Positions 10,173 to 17,926 of a stretch of DNA of 64,000 nt are shown here, in pieces; positions within the stretch are counted from its first letter, which is position 1; every line of letters starts with the position of its first letter. The position numbers and the translations under genes were made by a program. The notes beneath the pieces are model-generated. The model did not search any database and was not told the origin of the DNA. It worked only from the letters and a program-made list of their open reading frames with translations. Source of the DNA: Pedobacter sp. (GTDB lineage: Bacteria; Bacteroidota; Bacteroidia; Sphingobacteriales; Sphingobacteriaceae); assembly GCF_031119335.1 (NCBI RefSeq), contig NZ_JAVHXT010000011.1, positions 102,658 through 166,657 on the forward strand, written 5' to 3'.

Positions 10173-10967
10173 TTAAATGATGGATAGTTCGTGACCAGAA
10201 AGTAATAAAACCAAGATAATCAATCCTACAACAATACGATACCAGCCAAAAGCTTTAAAACCATGTTTAGTAAGGATATTGATGAAGGTTTTAATCGCAA
10301 TAATGGCAACAATAAAGCCAACCACATTACCAATAATTAGCATGTTAATTTCTTCGCCAGAAAAAGTATGCCCTTCTTTCATGAACTTGTACAACTTCAC
10401 AACAGAAGCGCCCAACATCATTGGGATAGCCAAAAAGAATGAAAACTCTGCAGCTGCTTTACGGGTAAGGTTTTGCGTCATTCCGCCAACAATGGTGCTT
10501 GCAGAACGAGATGTGCCAGGAATTAGCGCCAAGCATTGGTACAAACCGATAATGAAAGATTGCTTGTAACTAATGTCGTCTGAGTTTTCGATACTCGGTT
10601 TATTAAACCATTTATCGACAAAAAGAAGGATAACACCGCCAATAACTAACATTACAGCAACCATTAATGGGCTTTCCAACAGCGAGTCTATAAAATCGTT
10701 AAGTACCAAGCCTAAAATTGAAGCTGGTATAGCAGCTACAACCAATTTATAGTAAAAGTTTAACGATTTGAAGAAGCGTTTAAAATACAACACCAAAACC
10801 GATAAGATGGTACCCAGTTGGATAACGATGGTAAAAAGCTTCACAAAAGGAGTGGGCTCCATATTCATTAAGGCCGTTCCAATAATCATGTGGCCTGTAG
10901 AAGATACCGGCAAAAACTCGGTTAATCCTTCAATAATAGCAAGGATAATTGCTTGTAGATAGTTCAT
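10173..10967 (-). CDS. uppP: Undecaprenyl-diphosphate phosphatase
   Basis: 264 aa. EGLTEFLPVSSTGH and PGTSRSASTI motifs of the BacA/UppP family. Confidence 0.95.
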   Translation of the reverse strand: MNYLQAIILAIIEGLTEFLPVSSTGHMIIGTALMNMEPTPFVKLFTIVIQLGTILSVLVLYFKRFFKSLNFYYKLVVAAIPASILGLVLNDFIDSLLESPLMVAVMLVIGGVILLFVDKWFNKPSIENSDDISYKQSFIIGLYQCLALIPGTSRSASTIVGGMTQNLTRKAAAEFSFFLAIPMMLGASVVKLYKFMKEGHTFSGEEINMLIIGNVVGFIVAIIAIKTFINILTKHGFKAFGWYRIVVGLIILVLLLSGHELSII

Positions 10968-10980
10968 ATTTTTTGTCTTG

Positions 10981-11367
10981 CTATGTCCATTCTTGTTTTA
11001 TCTTATAGCTTTCCATTTTTTTATCTTTAGATATCAATGTTAGCTTTTCTGATAAGGCTTGGGCAATAATTACTCTATCGAAAGGGTCGTTGTGATGAAG
11101 TTCGATAGCTAGCAACTGTAGCAAATGTTTTTCGTTAATGTCAAGAATTTCAATCTGATTTTCTTCTGCAAATCTAAAAAGCTGCTCAAAATCAATAGCA
11201 AGCTCTAGTTTTCCTATTTGCAGTTTAATGGCTATTTCCCAGAAAGATGCAATGCTGATGTAACAAGATACCTCAGTGTTTTCAATTTTGGCGACTACAT
11301 TACTCGGTAACTTATTGTCGCCAGCAATAAACCATAAAAAAGCATGAGTATCTAGTAGATATGCCAT
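10981..11367 (-). CDS. vapC: Type II toxin, PIN-domain ribonuclease (VapC-like)
   Basis: 128 aa. LLDTHAFLW...acidic residues...DPFDRVIIAQA is typical of PIN toxins. The start overlaps the antitoxin stop (TAATG). Confidence 0.85.
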   Translation of the reverse strand: MAYLLDTHAFLWFIAGDNKLPSNVVAKIENTEVSCYISIASFWEIAIKLQIGKLELAIDFEQLFRFAEENQIEILDINEKHLLQLLAIELHHNDPFDRVIIAQALSEKLTLISKDKKMESYKIKQEWT

Positions 11368-11570
11368 TATTGGTATGCTGAAAACATATCTAAAGGTTCG
11401 TCGAAATCATCGGCTAACTTTATTTTGCCTTTTGCATAACCGAATTGACGTGATTTTAATTTCGATTTCTTTACAGATTTAGCCTTCAAAAAAGCTACAA
11501 AATCAGCTACTTCCTGTCTCAAATGAGCAGGTAGAGAATTTATTTCTATTTGCAATTTTGTAGTAGTCAT
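11367..11570 (-). CDS. Type II antitoxin (DUF2281-like) partner of the PIN toxin
   Basis: 67 aa from the ATG at 11570. LP..LRQEVADFVAFLK... and C-terminal DFDEPLDMF match the pattern of DUF2281 antitoxins. The track ORF begins 6 nt upstream at a TTG. Confidence 0.75.
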   Translation of the reverse strand: MTTTKLQIEINSLPAHLRQEVADFVAFLKAKSVKKSKLKSRQFGYAKGKIKLADDFDEPLDMFSAYQ

Positions 11571-11573
11571 ATA

Positions 11574-11581
11574 CAAATATA
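11574..11581 (-). promoter_or_regulatory. Candidate -7 box (TATATTTG on the minus strand) 3 nt upstream of the VapB-like antitoxin ATG
   Basis: The minus-strand sequence reads TATATTTGTATATG, the same geometry as the module at 25803-25816. Confidence 0.4.
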
Positions 11582-11589
11582 ACGATTTC

Positions 11590-11817
11590 TTACTTTTTCA
11601 GCACTGCGTAAACGCCAAATGCGAAGCCAAATAAAACCACCATTGGTGCAATAAGCGTTCTTCTGGTGTCGTAAATATCGCCATCAGCACCCATCATCAA
11701 TATAAAACCAACCACAACAATAACAATGCTGATGATTAACAATTGATAGTTTTTCTTAGAAAATACCAATTCTTCTGTTTGTTTCTGCGTTGCAGAAGTT
11801 GTTTTTTTATCTGACAT
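11590..11817 (-). CDS. DUF3098-like small membrane protein (FtsX-associated)
   Basis: 75 aa from MSDKK with two TM helices. Its ATG overlaps the ftsX stop (TAATG), the arrangement conserved in Bacteroidota. Confidence 0.6.
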   Translation of the reverse strand: MSDKKTTSATQKQTEELVFSKKNYQLLIISIVIVVVGFILMMGADGDIYDTRRTLIAPMVVLFGFAFGVYAVLKK

Positions 11818-12695
11818 TATCTGTAAAGGTCGTAAATTTTTAAACGTAAATATTTGCTTACCGCAAACCAAGTGCTGATGGCGGTAATAAAAATGCCAAT
11901 TGCCACCATGCTAATGAATACAAAACCAAACTCGGTAAAGTTTCTTAGAATAACAATTTCTGGTAGCTCTTGTTGAGCGTAGTATAATAATCCTAAAAGG
12001 ATGATAATTGCAATAAATGAAGCAATAATGCCATGTAAAGCAGCCACTAAAATAAATGGCTGGCGGATGAAGTTTTTGGTAGCACCAACCAACTGCATAC
12101 TTTTAATAAGGAAACGTTGAGAGAAAATTGCTAATCTTATAGTGTTGTTAATCAGTGCTATAGCGATAATTAACAAGATGCCCGCAAAACCCAGTACAAT
12201 TAAGCTAATGGTATTGATATTCTTGTTCACCATGTCAATCAGCGAACTTTGATACACTACTTCTTTTACAATTGGATTCTTTTCAATCCTCTTTTTCAAT
12301 GCGTCAATGTTCTGGTTGTTGGCGTAATCTGCCTTCATATAAACGTCAATGGTAGAAAGCAAGGGGTTATAACCTAAGAAATTCACGAAATCTTCGCCTA
12401 AATCTTTGGTCAAATTGTGCTGTGCAACTTCCTTATTTACGTATTGGGTTTGCTTAACCGCAACGTTGTTGTCTAAACTCTTTTTAAACGCAAGTACTTC
12501 GGTTTCTTTAGCGCCTTCATCTACAATAATATTAAGAACAATGTTCTCTTTTACATAGTTAGACAAGTTTTTGGCGTGTACTAAAATTAAACCAAGCATA
12601 CCCAACATCAACAATACCAACGCAATACTAAAAATAGTAGATACGTATACTGTTTTGGTCTTTTTAGCAGCCTGACTTACTTCGAATTCTTCCAT
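11817..12695 (-). CDS. ftsX: Cell-division permease-like protein FtsX
   Basis: 292 aa. N-terminal TM, periplasmic domain, then three C-terminal TM helices with the FtsX-like permease pattern. Confidence 0.85.
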   Translation of the reverse strand: MEEFEVSQAAKKTKTVYVSTIFSIALVLLMLGMLGLILVHAKNLSNYVKENIVLNIIVDEGAKETEVLAFKKSLDNNVAVKQTQYVNKEVAQHNLTKDLGEDFVNFLGYNPLLSTIDVYMKADYANNQNIDALKKRIEKNPIVKEVVYQSSLIDMVNKNINTISLIVLGFAGILLIIAIALINNTIRLAIFSQRFLIKSMQLVGATKNFIRQPFILVAALHGIIASFIAIIILLGLLYYAQQELPEIVILRNFTEFGFVFISMVAIGIFITAISTWFAVSKYLRLKIYDLYR

Positions 12696-12930
12696 GTGTA
12701 CTTAATTGTTTCTGCGAAAATAAGGAAAGATAACTTAAATCTTAAATTAATGATGGCTTAATTGTTAGATTGCTCAATTGTTTAATGGTTTTATTGCTAA
12801 GCCGTAAAGGTGGCGAAATGATGGATTAGTTAGGTATACTTTAACATTCTTTAACTTCAATTTGTAGTTGTGAGATATTAACCCGCAAGTTTTATTTAGG
12901 CGAGTATGTTGATTGTTTGATTATTTCTTT

Positions 12931-13022
12931 CCCGCAAATTTCCGCTGATGTCTCCGCAGATTTAAGACGATTTGCAGCAGCGATAATATTACCTCTTGGG
13001 ATTATTGGTGCTTGAATATTGG
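12931..13022. repeat. Family E ~95-bp element (inverted relative to 3410-3504)
   Basis: CCCGCAAATTTCCGCTGATGTCTCCGCAGATTTAAGAC...GCGATAATATTACC...GATTATTGGTGCTTGAATATTGG. Confidence 0.8.
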
Positions 13023-13117
13023 TTATTTAATCATTCACTCATTTAGTTATTCAAAATTCAATATTCTCTCATTGGAAGTTCAATCGTAATTCGTAATTCT
13101 AAAATCGTAAATTTCCT

Positions 13118-13125
13118 TACCTTTG
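13118..13125 (+). promoter_or_regulatory. Candidate Bacteroidota -7 box (TACCTTTG) for leuS
   Basis: Matches the TAnnTTTG consensus and lies 25 nt upstream of the leuS ATG. Confidence 0.4.
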
Positions 13126-13150
13126 CACTCGATTTAGAAACAGCATATCA

Positions 13151-16100
13151 ATGGATTATCAATTTAGAGAGATAGAGCAAAAGTGGCAGAAATATTGGGC
13201 CGACAATCAGTCGTTTAAAGCCGAAGCCAATTCAGACAAGCCGAAATACTATGTTTTAGACATGTTTCCTTATCCTTCGGGAGCAGGTTTGCACGTTGGT
13301 CATCCACTAGGTTATATCGCTTCTGATATTTTTTCGAGATATAAACGTTTAAAAGGTTACAATGTGTTGCATCCAATGGGTTACGATTCGTTCGGTTTGC
13401 CAGCTGAGCAATATGCTATTCAAACAGGACAACATCCGGCAGTAACTACAGAAACTAACATCAATACTTACCGTCGCCAGTTAGACCAAATCGGTTTTTC
13501 TTTCGATTGGAGCCGCGAAGTTCGTACCAGCGACCCAGCTTATTACAAATGGACGCAGTGGATTTTCATGCAATTGTTCAATTCTTGGTACAACTTAGAA
13601 ACGGATAAGGCAGAGCCGATTTCTACCTTAATTCATAAATTTAATGAAGCTGGCAGTGCCGATGTAAAAGCTGCTAAAGATGAAGACACTAGAACTTTCT
13701 TGCCTACAGATTGGGCTACTTTTAGCGAAGAAGAAAAGCAGGTAGAACTATTAAAATATCGCTTAACTTATTTAAAAGAAAGTACCGTAAACTGGTGCCC
13801 AGCTTTGGGTACAGTATTAGCTAACGATGAAGTTAAAGACGGATTTTCTGAGCGTGGTGGTTTTCCTGTAGAGCAAAAGAAAATGATGCAATGGAGTATG
13901 AGAATTACTGCTTATGCGGATAGACTTTTGCAAGGTTTGGACACCATCGATTGGCCAGAGCCGATGAAAGAAATGCAACGCAACTGGATTGGCAAGAGCG
14001 TTGGTGCGTCTGTTAAGTTTAAAATCCTCACCCCAACCCTCTCCGAAGGAGAGGGAGCAAGCAACTACGGTTACGAAACTGCAGACCCACTGTTATGGGA
14101 AATTTTGAAAACCAATGCGAGGGTAAACAGGGGCAATCAAACAGATGCTGAGGATGCACTTTGGCAAGAATTGAGAAATAGCAAAACAGGACATAAAGTT
14201 AGAAGACAACATCCTATTGGAACTTATATCGCCGATTTTATCTGTTTAAATAAAAGATTAATCATTGAAGTTGACGGTGGATATCATTTAGAAAATCAGG
14301 AGAATGATAAAGCCAGAACTGATGCGTTGAACCAATTGGGGTTTGAAGTAATCCGATTTACAAATGAAGAGGTTCTAAGTAATCTAAAAACTGTGGTAAC
14401 CCAAATAAAATTAGAACTTGATAGCAGACCTGATGCTAAATCAACCGCTTCAAATTCCCTCTCCTTTGGAGAGGGCCAGGGTGAGGCTTATATAGAGGTT
14501 TTCACTACACGTGTAGATACGATCTTCGGCGTTTCTTATTTGGTATTGGCACCAGAGCACGAATGGGTGGCAGAATTGACTACTCCTGAGCAAAAAGCTG
14601 ACATCGAAAATTACATCTTACAAACTAAAAAGAAATCGGAATTAGACCGCATGGCGGATGCTAAAACTGTTTCCGGTGCTTTTACGGGAACTTACGTGGT
14701 TAATCCGGTAAGTGGCGAGCGTGTGCAATTGTGGATTGCCGATTACGTATTGGCGGGTTACGGTACAGGTGCGGTAATGGGTGTGCCAAGTGGCGACCAA
14801 CGCGATTGGTTGTTTGCAACGCACTTCAATTTGCCGATTATCCAAATTTTGGATGCACAAAAAGATATTGATGTACAAGCTGACCCAACTAAAGAGGGTA
14901 AATACATCAACTCTGGTTTCATCAACGGAATGGAATACAAAGAAGCAGTTGCTTTCTTAAACCAATGGTTGGAAGACCAAGGCGTAGGAAAAGCGAAAGT
15001 GAATTTCCGCCAGCGTGATGCTATTTTTGGTCGCCAACGTTATTGGGGCGAGCCAATTCCCGTATATTTTAAAAATGGTTTGCCTTACTTGTTGAAAGAA
15101 GAGGAATTACCTTTGGTATTGCCAGAAATCGATAAATATTTACCAACTGAAACTGGCGAACCTCCATTGGGCAGAGCCGAAGATTGGAAATATGAAGATA
15201 GATACGAGTACGAATTATCGACCATGCCAGGCTGGGCAGGAAGTAGCTGGTATTGGTACCGTTACATGGATGCACAAAACAACAGTGAATTTGCCTCAAA
15301 AGAAGCAGTTGATTACTGGAAGGATGTGGATTTGTACATCGGTGGTTCTGAGCATGCAACTGGTCACTTGTTGTACAGCCGTTTCTGGAACAAATTTTTG
15401 AAGGATTTAGGTTTTGTACAAGAAGAAGAGCCTTTCAAAAAGTTGATTAACCAAGGGATGATACAAGGTAGAAGTAACTTTGTTTATCGTGTGGTTGATG
15501 AAGAAGGACGTGGTACGAACACTTTGGTTTCTGCTGGTTTAAGAAAAGATTACAAAACTATCGCTCTGCATGTTGATGTGAATATTGTAGAGAATGATGT
15601 TTTAGATATCGAAAAATTTAAAGCTTGGAGAGATGAATTTGCAAATGCAGAATTTATCTTAGAAAACGGTAAATACATCTGCGGTGTAGAAGTTGAAAAG
15701 ATGTCGAAATCTAAATTCAACGTGGTAAACCCAGATGTGTTAATTGCACAATACGGAGCAGATACTTTACGTATGTACGAAATGTTCTTAGGTCCATTAG
15801 AGCAAAGCAAACCTTGGAACACCAACGGTATCGAAGGCGTGTTTAAGTTCTTGCGTAAATTCTGGCGTTTGTTCCATAACGAAGCTTGGGAGTTTACCGT
15901 AAGCGATGCAGAGCCAACCAAAGCAGAGTTAAAAGCGTTGCATAAAATCATTAAGAAAGTACAAGATGATGTAGAAAGGTTCTCTTTCAATACATCGGTT
16001 TCTAGCTTTATGATTGCTGTAAACGAGCTTACAGATTTGAAATGCAACAAAAAAGCAATTCTACAAGATTTAGTAGTAGTATTGGCGCCTTATGCACCGC

Positions 16101-16378
16101 ACATCTGCGAAGAATTGTGGTCGTTGTTAGGAAATAAAGATTTGTCTACTGCTCAGTATCCGGTTTTCAACCCTAATTATTTGGTAGAAGATGAGTTTGC
16201 CTATCCAATTTCTATCAATGGAAAAATGAAGATGAACTTGAACCTAAGCTTGACCTTGGAAGCGAAAGAAGCTGAAGAAGCAGTTTTGGCCAACGAGCAA
16301 GTTCAAGGATTTTTGAATGGTGCTGCACCAAAGAAAATCATCTTTGTTAAAGGAAAGATTGTGAATATTGTTGTATAG
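13151..16378 (+). CDS. leuS: Leucine--tRNA ligase carrying an in-frame DUF559 endonuclease-domain insertion
   Basis: HIGH motif (HVGHPLGY), KMSKS (VEKMSKSK), NWIGKS block and Thr-rich editing motif (TTRVDT). At 1075 aa it is about 155 aa longer than the flanking LeuRS blocks require, because of the insert at aa 292-446. Confidence 0.97.
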   Translation: MDYQFREIEQKWQKYWADNQSFKAEANSDKPKYYVLDMFPYPSGAGLHVGHPLGYIASDIFSRYKRLKGYNVLHPMGYDSFGLPAEQYAIQTGQHPAVTTETNINTYRRQLDQIGFSFDWSREVRTSDPAYYKWTQWIFMQLFNSWYNLETDKAEPISTLIHKFNEAGSADVKAAKDEDTRTFLPTDWATFSEEEKQVELLKYRLTYLKESTVNWCPALGTVLANDEVKDGFSERGGFPVEQKKMMQWSMRITAYADRLLQGLDTIDWPEPMKEMQRNWIGKSVGASVKFKILTPTLSEGEGASNYGYETADPLLWEILKTNARVNRGNQTDAEDALWQELRNSKTGHKVRRQHPIGTYIADFICLNKRLIIEVDGGYHLENQENDKARTDALNQLGFEVIRFTNEEVLSNLKTVVTQIKLELDSRPDAKSTASNSLSFGEGQGEAYIEVFTTRVDTIFGVSYLVLAPEHEWVAELTTPEQKADIENYILQTKKKSELDRMADAKTVSGAFTGTYVVNPVSGERVQLWIADYVLAGYGTGAVMGVPSGDQRDWLFATHFNLPIIQILDAQKDIDVQADPTKEGKYINSGFINGMEYKEAVAFLNQWLEDQGVGKAKVNFRQRDAIFGRQRYWGEPIPVYFKNGLPYLLKEEELPLVLPEIDKYLPTETGEPPLGRAEDWKYEDRYEYELSTMPGWAGSSWYWYRYMDAQNNSEFASKEAVDYWKDVDLYIGGSEHATGHLLYSRFWNKFLKDLGFVQEEEPFKKLINQGMIQGRSNFVYRVVDEEGRGTNTLVSAGLRKDYKTIALHVDVNIVENDVLDIEKFKAWRDEFANAEFILENGKYICGVEVEKMSKSKFNVVNPDVLIAQYGADTLRMYEMFLGPLEQSKPWNTNGIEGVFKFLRKFWRLFHNEAWEFTVSDAEPTKAELKALHKIIKKVQDDVERFSFNTSVSSFMIAVNELTDLKCNKKAILQDLVVVLAPYAPHICEELWSLLGNKDLSTAQYPVFNPNYLVEDEFAYPISINGKMKMNLNLSLTLEAKEAEEAVLANEQVQGFLNGAAPKKIIFVKGKIVNIVV
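14026..14486 (+). mobile_element. TIR-bounded cassette encoding a DUF559/Vsr-like PD-(D/E)xK endonuclease domain, inserted in frame in leuS
   Basis: Left end is CCTCACCCCAACCCTCTCCGAAGGAGAGGG (14026-14055). The reverse complement of 14457-14486 is CCTCACCCTGGCCCTCTCCAAAGGAGAGGG, 26/30 identical. Each end holds an 8-bp stem/3-nt loop hairpin. The interior encodes a DUF559-type domain. Exact boundaries are uncertain by about 1-2 nt. Confidence 0.7.
14117..14419 (+). other. DUF559 (restriction-endonuclease-like, Vsr-related) domain core within LeuRS, aa ~323-423
   Basis: ARVNRGNQTDAEDALWQELRN...KVRRQHPIGTYIADFICLNKRLIIEVDGGYH....D..R...L...GFEVIRFTNEEV matches the hallmark pattern of stand-alone DUF559 proteins. 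The acidic residues D362, E373 and D375 are intact. Confidence 0.8.
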
Positions 16379-16391
16379 GAGCTATATAGAA

Positions 16392-16422
16392 GACTTACGA
16401 AGTTTTTAAAACTTCGTAAGTC
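16392..16422. repeat. Family C hairpin repeat (GACTTACGAAGTTT..AAACTTCGTAAGTC)
   Basis: Perfect 13-bp stem immediately downstream of the leuS stop. The same sequence occurs at 2355-2401 and 38387-38417. Confidence 0.85.
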
Positions 16423-16430
16423 TCAACCGA

Positions 16431-16468
16431 AAAATCCCAAATGAGTAATGCTCGTTTGGGATTTTTTT
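16431..16468 (+). terminator. Rho-independent terminator after leuS
   Basis: AAAATCCCAAA / TTTGGGATTTT stem with a 13-nt loop, followed by a T7 run. Confidence 0.75.
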
Positions 16469-16590
16469 GCGGTCAAGTTGTGATTTTTATTGGTGCTTGG
16501 TAATTTGTTAACTCTTACATAGTTGTAGTTGATTTTTGTTCAGACAACCTTAAGACCTTTTTAATTTGTATTGATATTCAGTCATTTTTA

Positions 16591-16598
16591 TAATTTTG
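16591..16598 (+). promoter_or_regulatory. Candidate -7 box (TAATTTTG) for the S41 peptidase gene
   Basis: TAnnTTTG consensus, 28 nt upstream of the ATG at 16627. Confidence 0.4.
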
Positions 16599-16626
16599 CA
16601 TCCTCAAAACCAAACAAAAAAAAGAA

Positions 16627-17637
16627 ATGAAATTTAAAATATTAGCGCTTTTAGGAGTGCTTTTGGTGCACGCTAAATTTAGCTTAGCTCAAATGCCAGA
16701 TTCCATCAAACAACATATCGATACCAGTTTAAATGTATTAAAACGACATTCTTTGTACGGTAAGAAGGTGGATTGGAAAAAAGTTGAGCAACAAGTTTAC
16801 GAAAAGGCAAAGGTCGCAAAGACCAAATCAGACACTTTCGAAGCATTGAAAATTGCATTTGATGTACTTGGAGATAAACATGCGCAGTATTACCAATACG
16901 ACCACCAGTACCGTTTACCTAACAAAGAGCTAGAAGCGAGGCAAAGCGATTCGCTCAAAGCTGGTTGGAAACTGGGGGCTCGCATCGTGAATAAAATGAT
17001 TGGTGATGTTGCCTATCTGAGTATTCCCTACATGGGAGTTAATAAGCAAGCAGACATTGATAAATACGCCAATTGGATTTACGACGCCGTCGCAGACTTA
17101 AACAAGACGCAGCCGAAAGCTTGGATTATTGACTTGAGATTAAATGGTGGCGGTAATATTAGACCAATGCTTAGCGGCTTGGGTATGTTTTTTAAGGATG
17201 GAATTGTAAGCTATTATGTTGATAGAGATGGAAAAACGGAAGATGAAGCGGCTTTTAAAGTTGGCGAATTTACAATCGATGGAAAAGTGCAGGCTAATAT
17301 CAAAAACAAAATAGCTCCTATTAGACCAAAGAAAATTGCGGTATTAATTGGGCCAGGGACTGGAAGTTCTGGTGAAGGTGTGGCGGTAGTTTTGCAACAG
17401 AGAAAAGGTACAAAGTTATTCGGCACCAAATCTGCAGGTGTAGCAAACGCAACCAACGGTTACGTATTTGCTGATGATAAAGCTTACTTCCTTATTTCCA
17501 CGGCATCCATCGGTAATAAAAATAAAAAAGTAATGCCCGAATTCGTAATTCCCGACGTGGAAGTGAAGCAATTGGAATCTTTCGGAAATTTGCCCGAAGA
17601 TCCAGCTGTTAAAGCAGCCATTAAATGGTTAAAGTGA
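16627..17637 (+). CDS. Secreted S41-family (tail-specific/C-terminal processing-like) peptidase
   Basis: Signal peptide, IIDLRLNGGGN and GPGTGSSGEG (Ser nucleophile region) motifs; 336 aa. Confidence 0.8.
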   Translation: MKFKILALLGVLLVHAKFSLAQMPDSIKQHIDTSLNVLKRHSLYGKKVDWKKVEQQVYEKAKVAKTKSDTFEALKIAFDVLGDKHAQYYQYDHQYRLPNKELEARQSDSLKAGWKLGARIVNKMIGDVAYLSIPYMGVNKQADIDKYANWIYDAVADLNKTQPKAWIIDLRLNGGGNIRPMLSGLGMFFKDGIVSYYVDRDGKTEDEAAFKVGEFTIDGKVQANIKNKIAPIRPKKIAVLIGPGTGSSGEGVAVVLQQRKGTKLFGTKSAGVANATNGYVFADDKAYFLISTASIGNKNKKVMPEFVIPDVEVKQLESFGNLPEDPAVKAAIKWLK

Positions 17638-17656
17638 TGGCTTAAAAAGCATTACG

Positions 17657-17696
17657 AAAATCCGGTTCATGTAGTGTGTGCCGGATTTTTCTTTTT
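17657..17696 (+). terminator. Rho-independent terminator after the S41 peptidase gene
   Basis: AAAATCCGG / CCGGATTTT stem plus a T-rich tail. It overlaps the track's putative 17678 start of the next ORF. Confidence 0.7.
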
Positions 17697-17926
17697 ACAC
17701 CAAACCATTCGCCGCCAAAAAAATGCAATTCACCGAGAGTTTCCTACAAGTTGTGAGAAATTACTTTAATGCCCCTGTAACAAAATATACCTTTGAAAGA
17801 CTAATACGTACAAACAACACAAAGAAATTATTAACTAATGAAACCAGCATTAACTACAGTTCTTTATATCTAATAAATAAAGTTCATGCTAGCTTCATAA
17901 CCATTGAAAAAACAAATCATATTTTC

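Noticed and set aside
14026-14486. The leuS insert as an intein or other protein-splicing element
   Set aside because: The N-terminal junction (KI|LTPT) has no Cys/Ser/Thr nucleophile. The C-terminal junction (GEA|YIE) has no His-Asn plus Cys/Ser/Thr. There are no Hint-domain blocks, and the fold signature is PD-(D/E)xK (DUF559), not LAGLIDADG or HNH within a Hint scaffold.
15550-16050. Long antisense ORFs inside large genes: 15550-16050 in leuS, 32845-33351 in the ABC permease, 60046-60489 and 61555-62010 in the RND pump, 44392-44784 in sucB, and 26546-26947
   Set aside because: Their translations are low-complexity and Ser/Thr/Leu-rich with no motifs. They lie opposite strongly supported genes, where codon-complement bias commonly keeps antisense frames open.
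17678-17926. The 83-aa N-terminal extension of the TonB-dependent receptor ORF suggested by the ORF track
   Set aside because: The proposed start lies inside the terminator hairpin of the upstream gene. The extension has no signal peptide, whereas a canonical signal peptide (MKKLLLICFTLLTVITAKAQ) begins at 17927.
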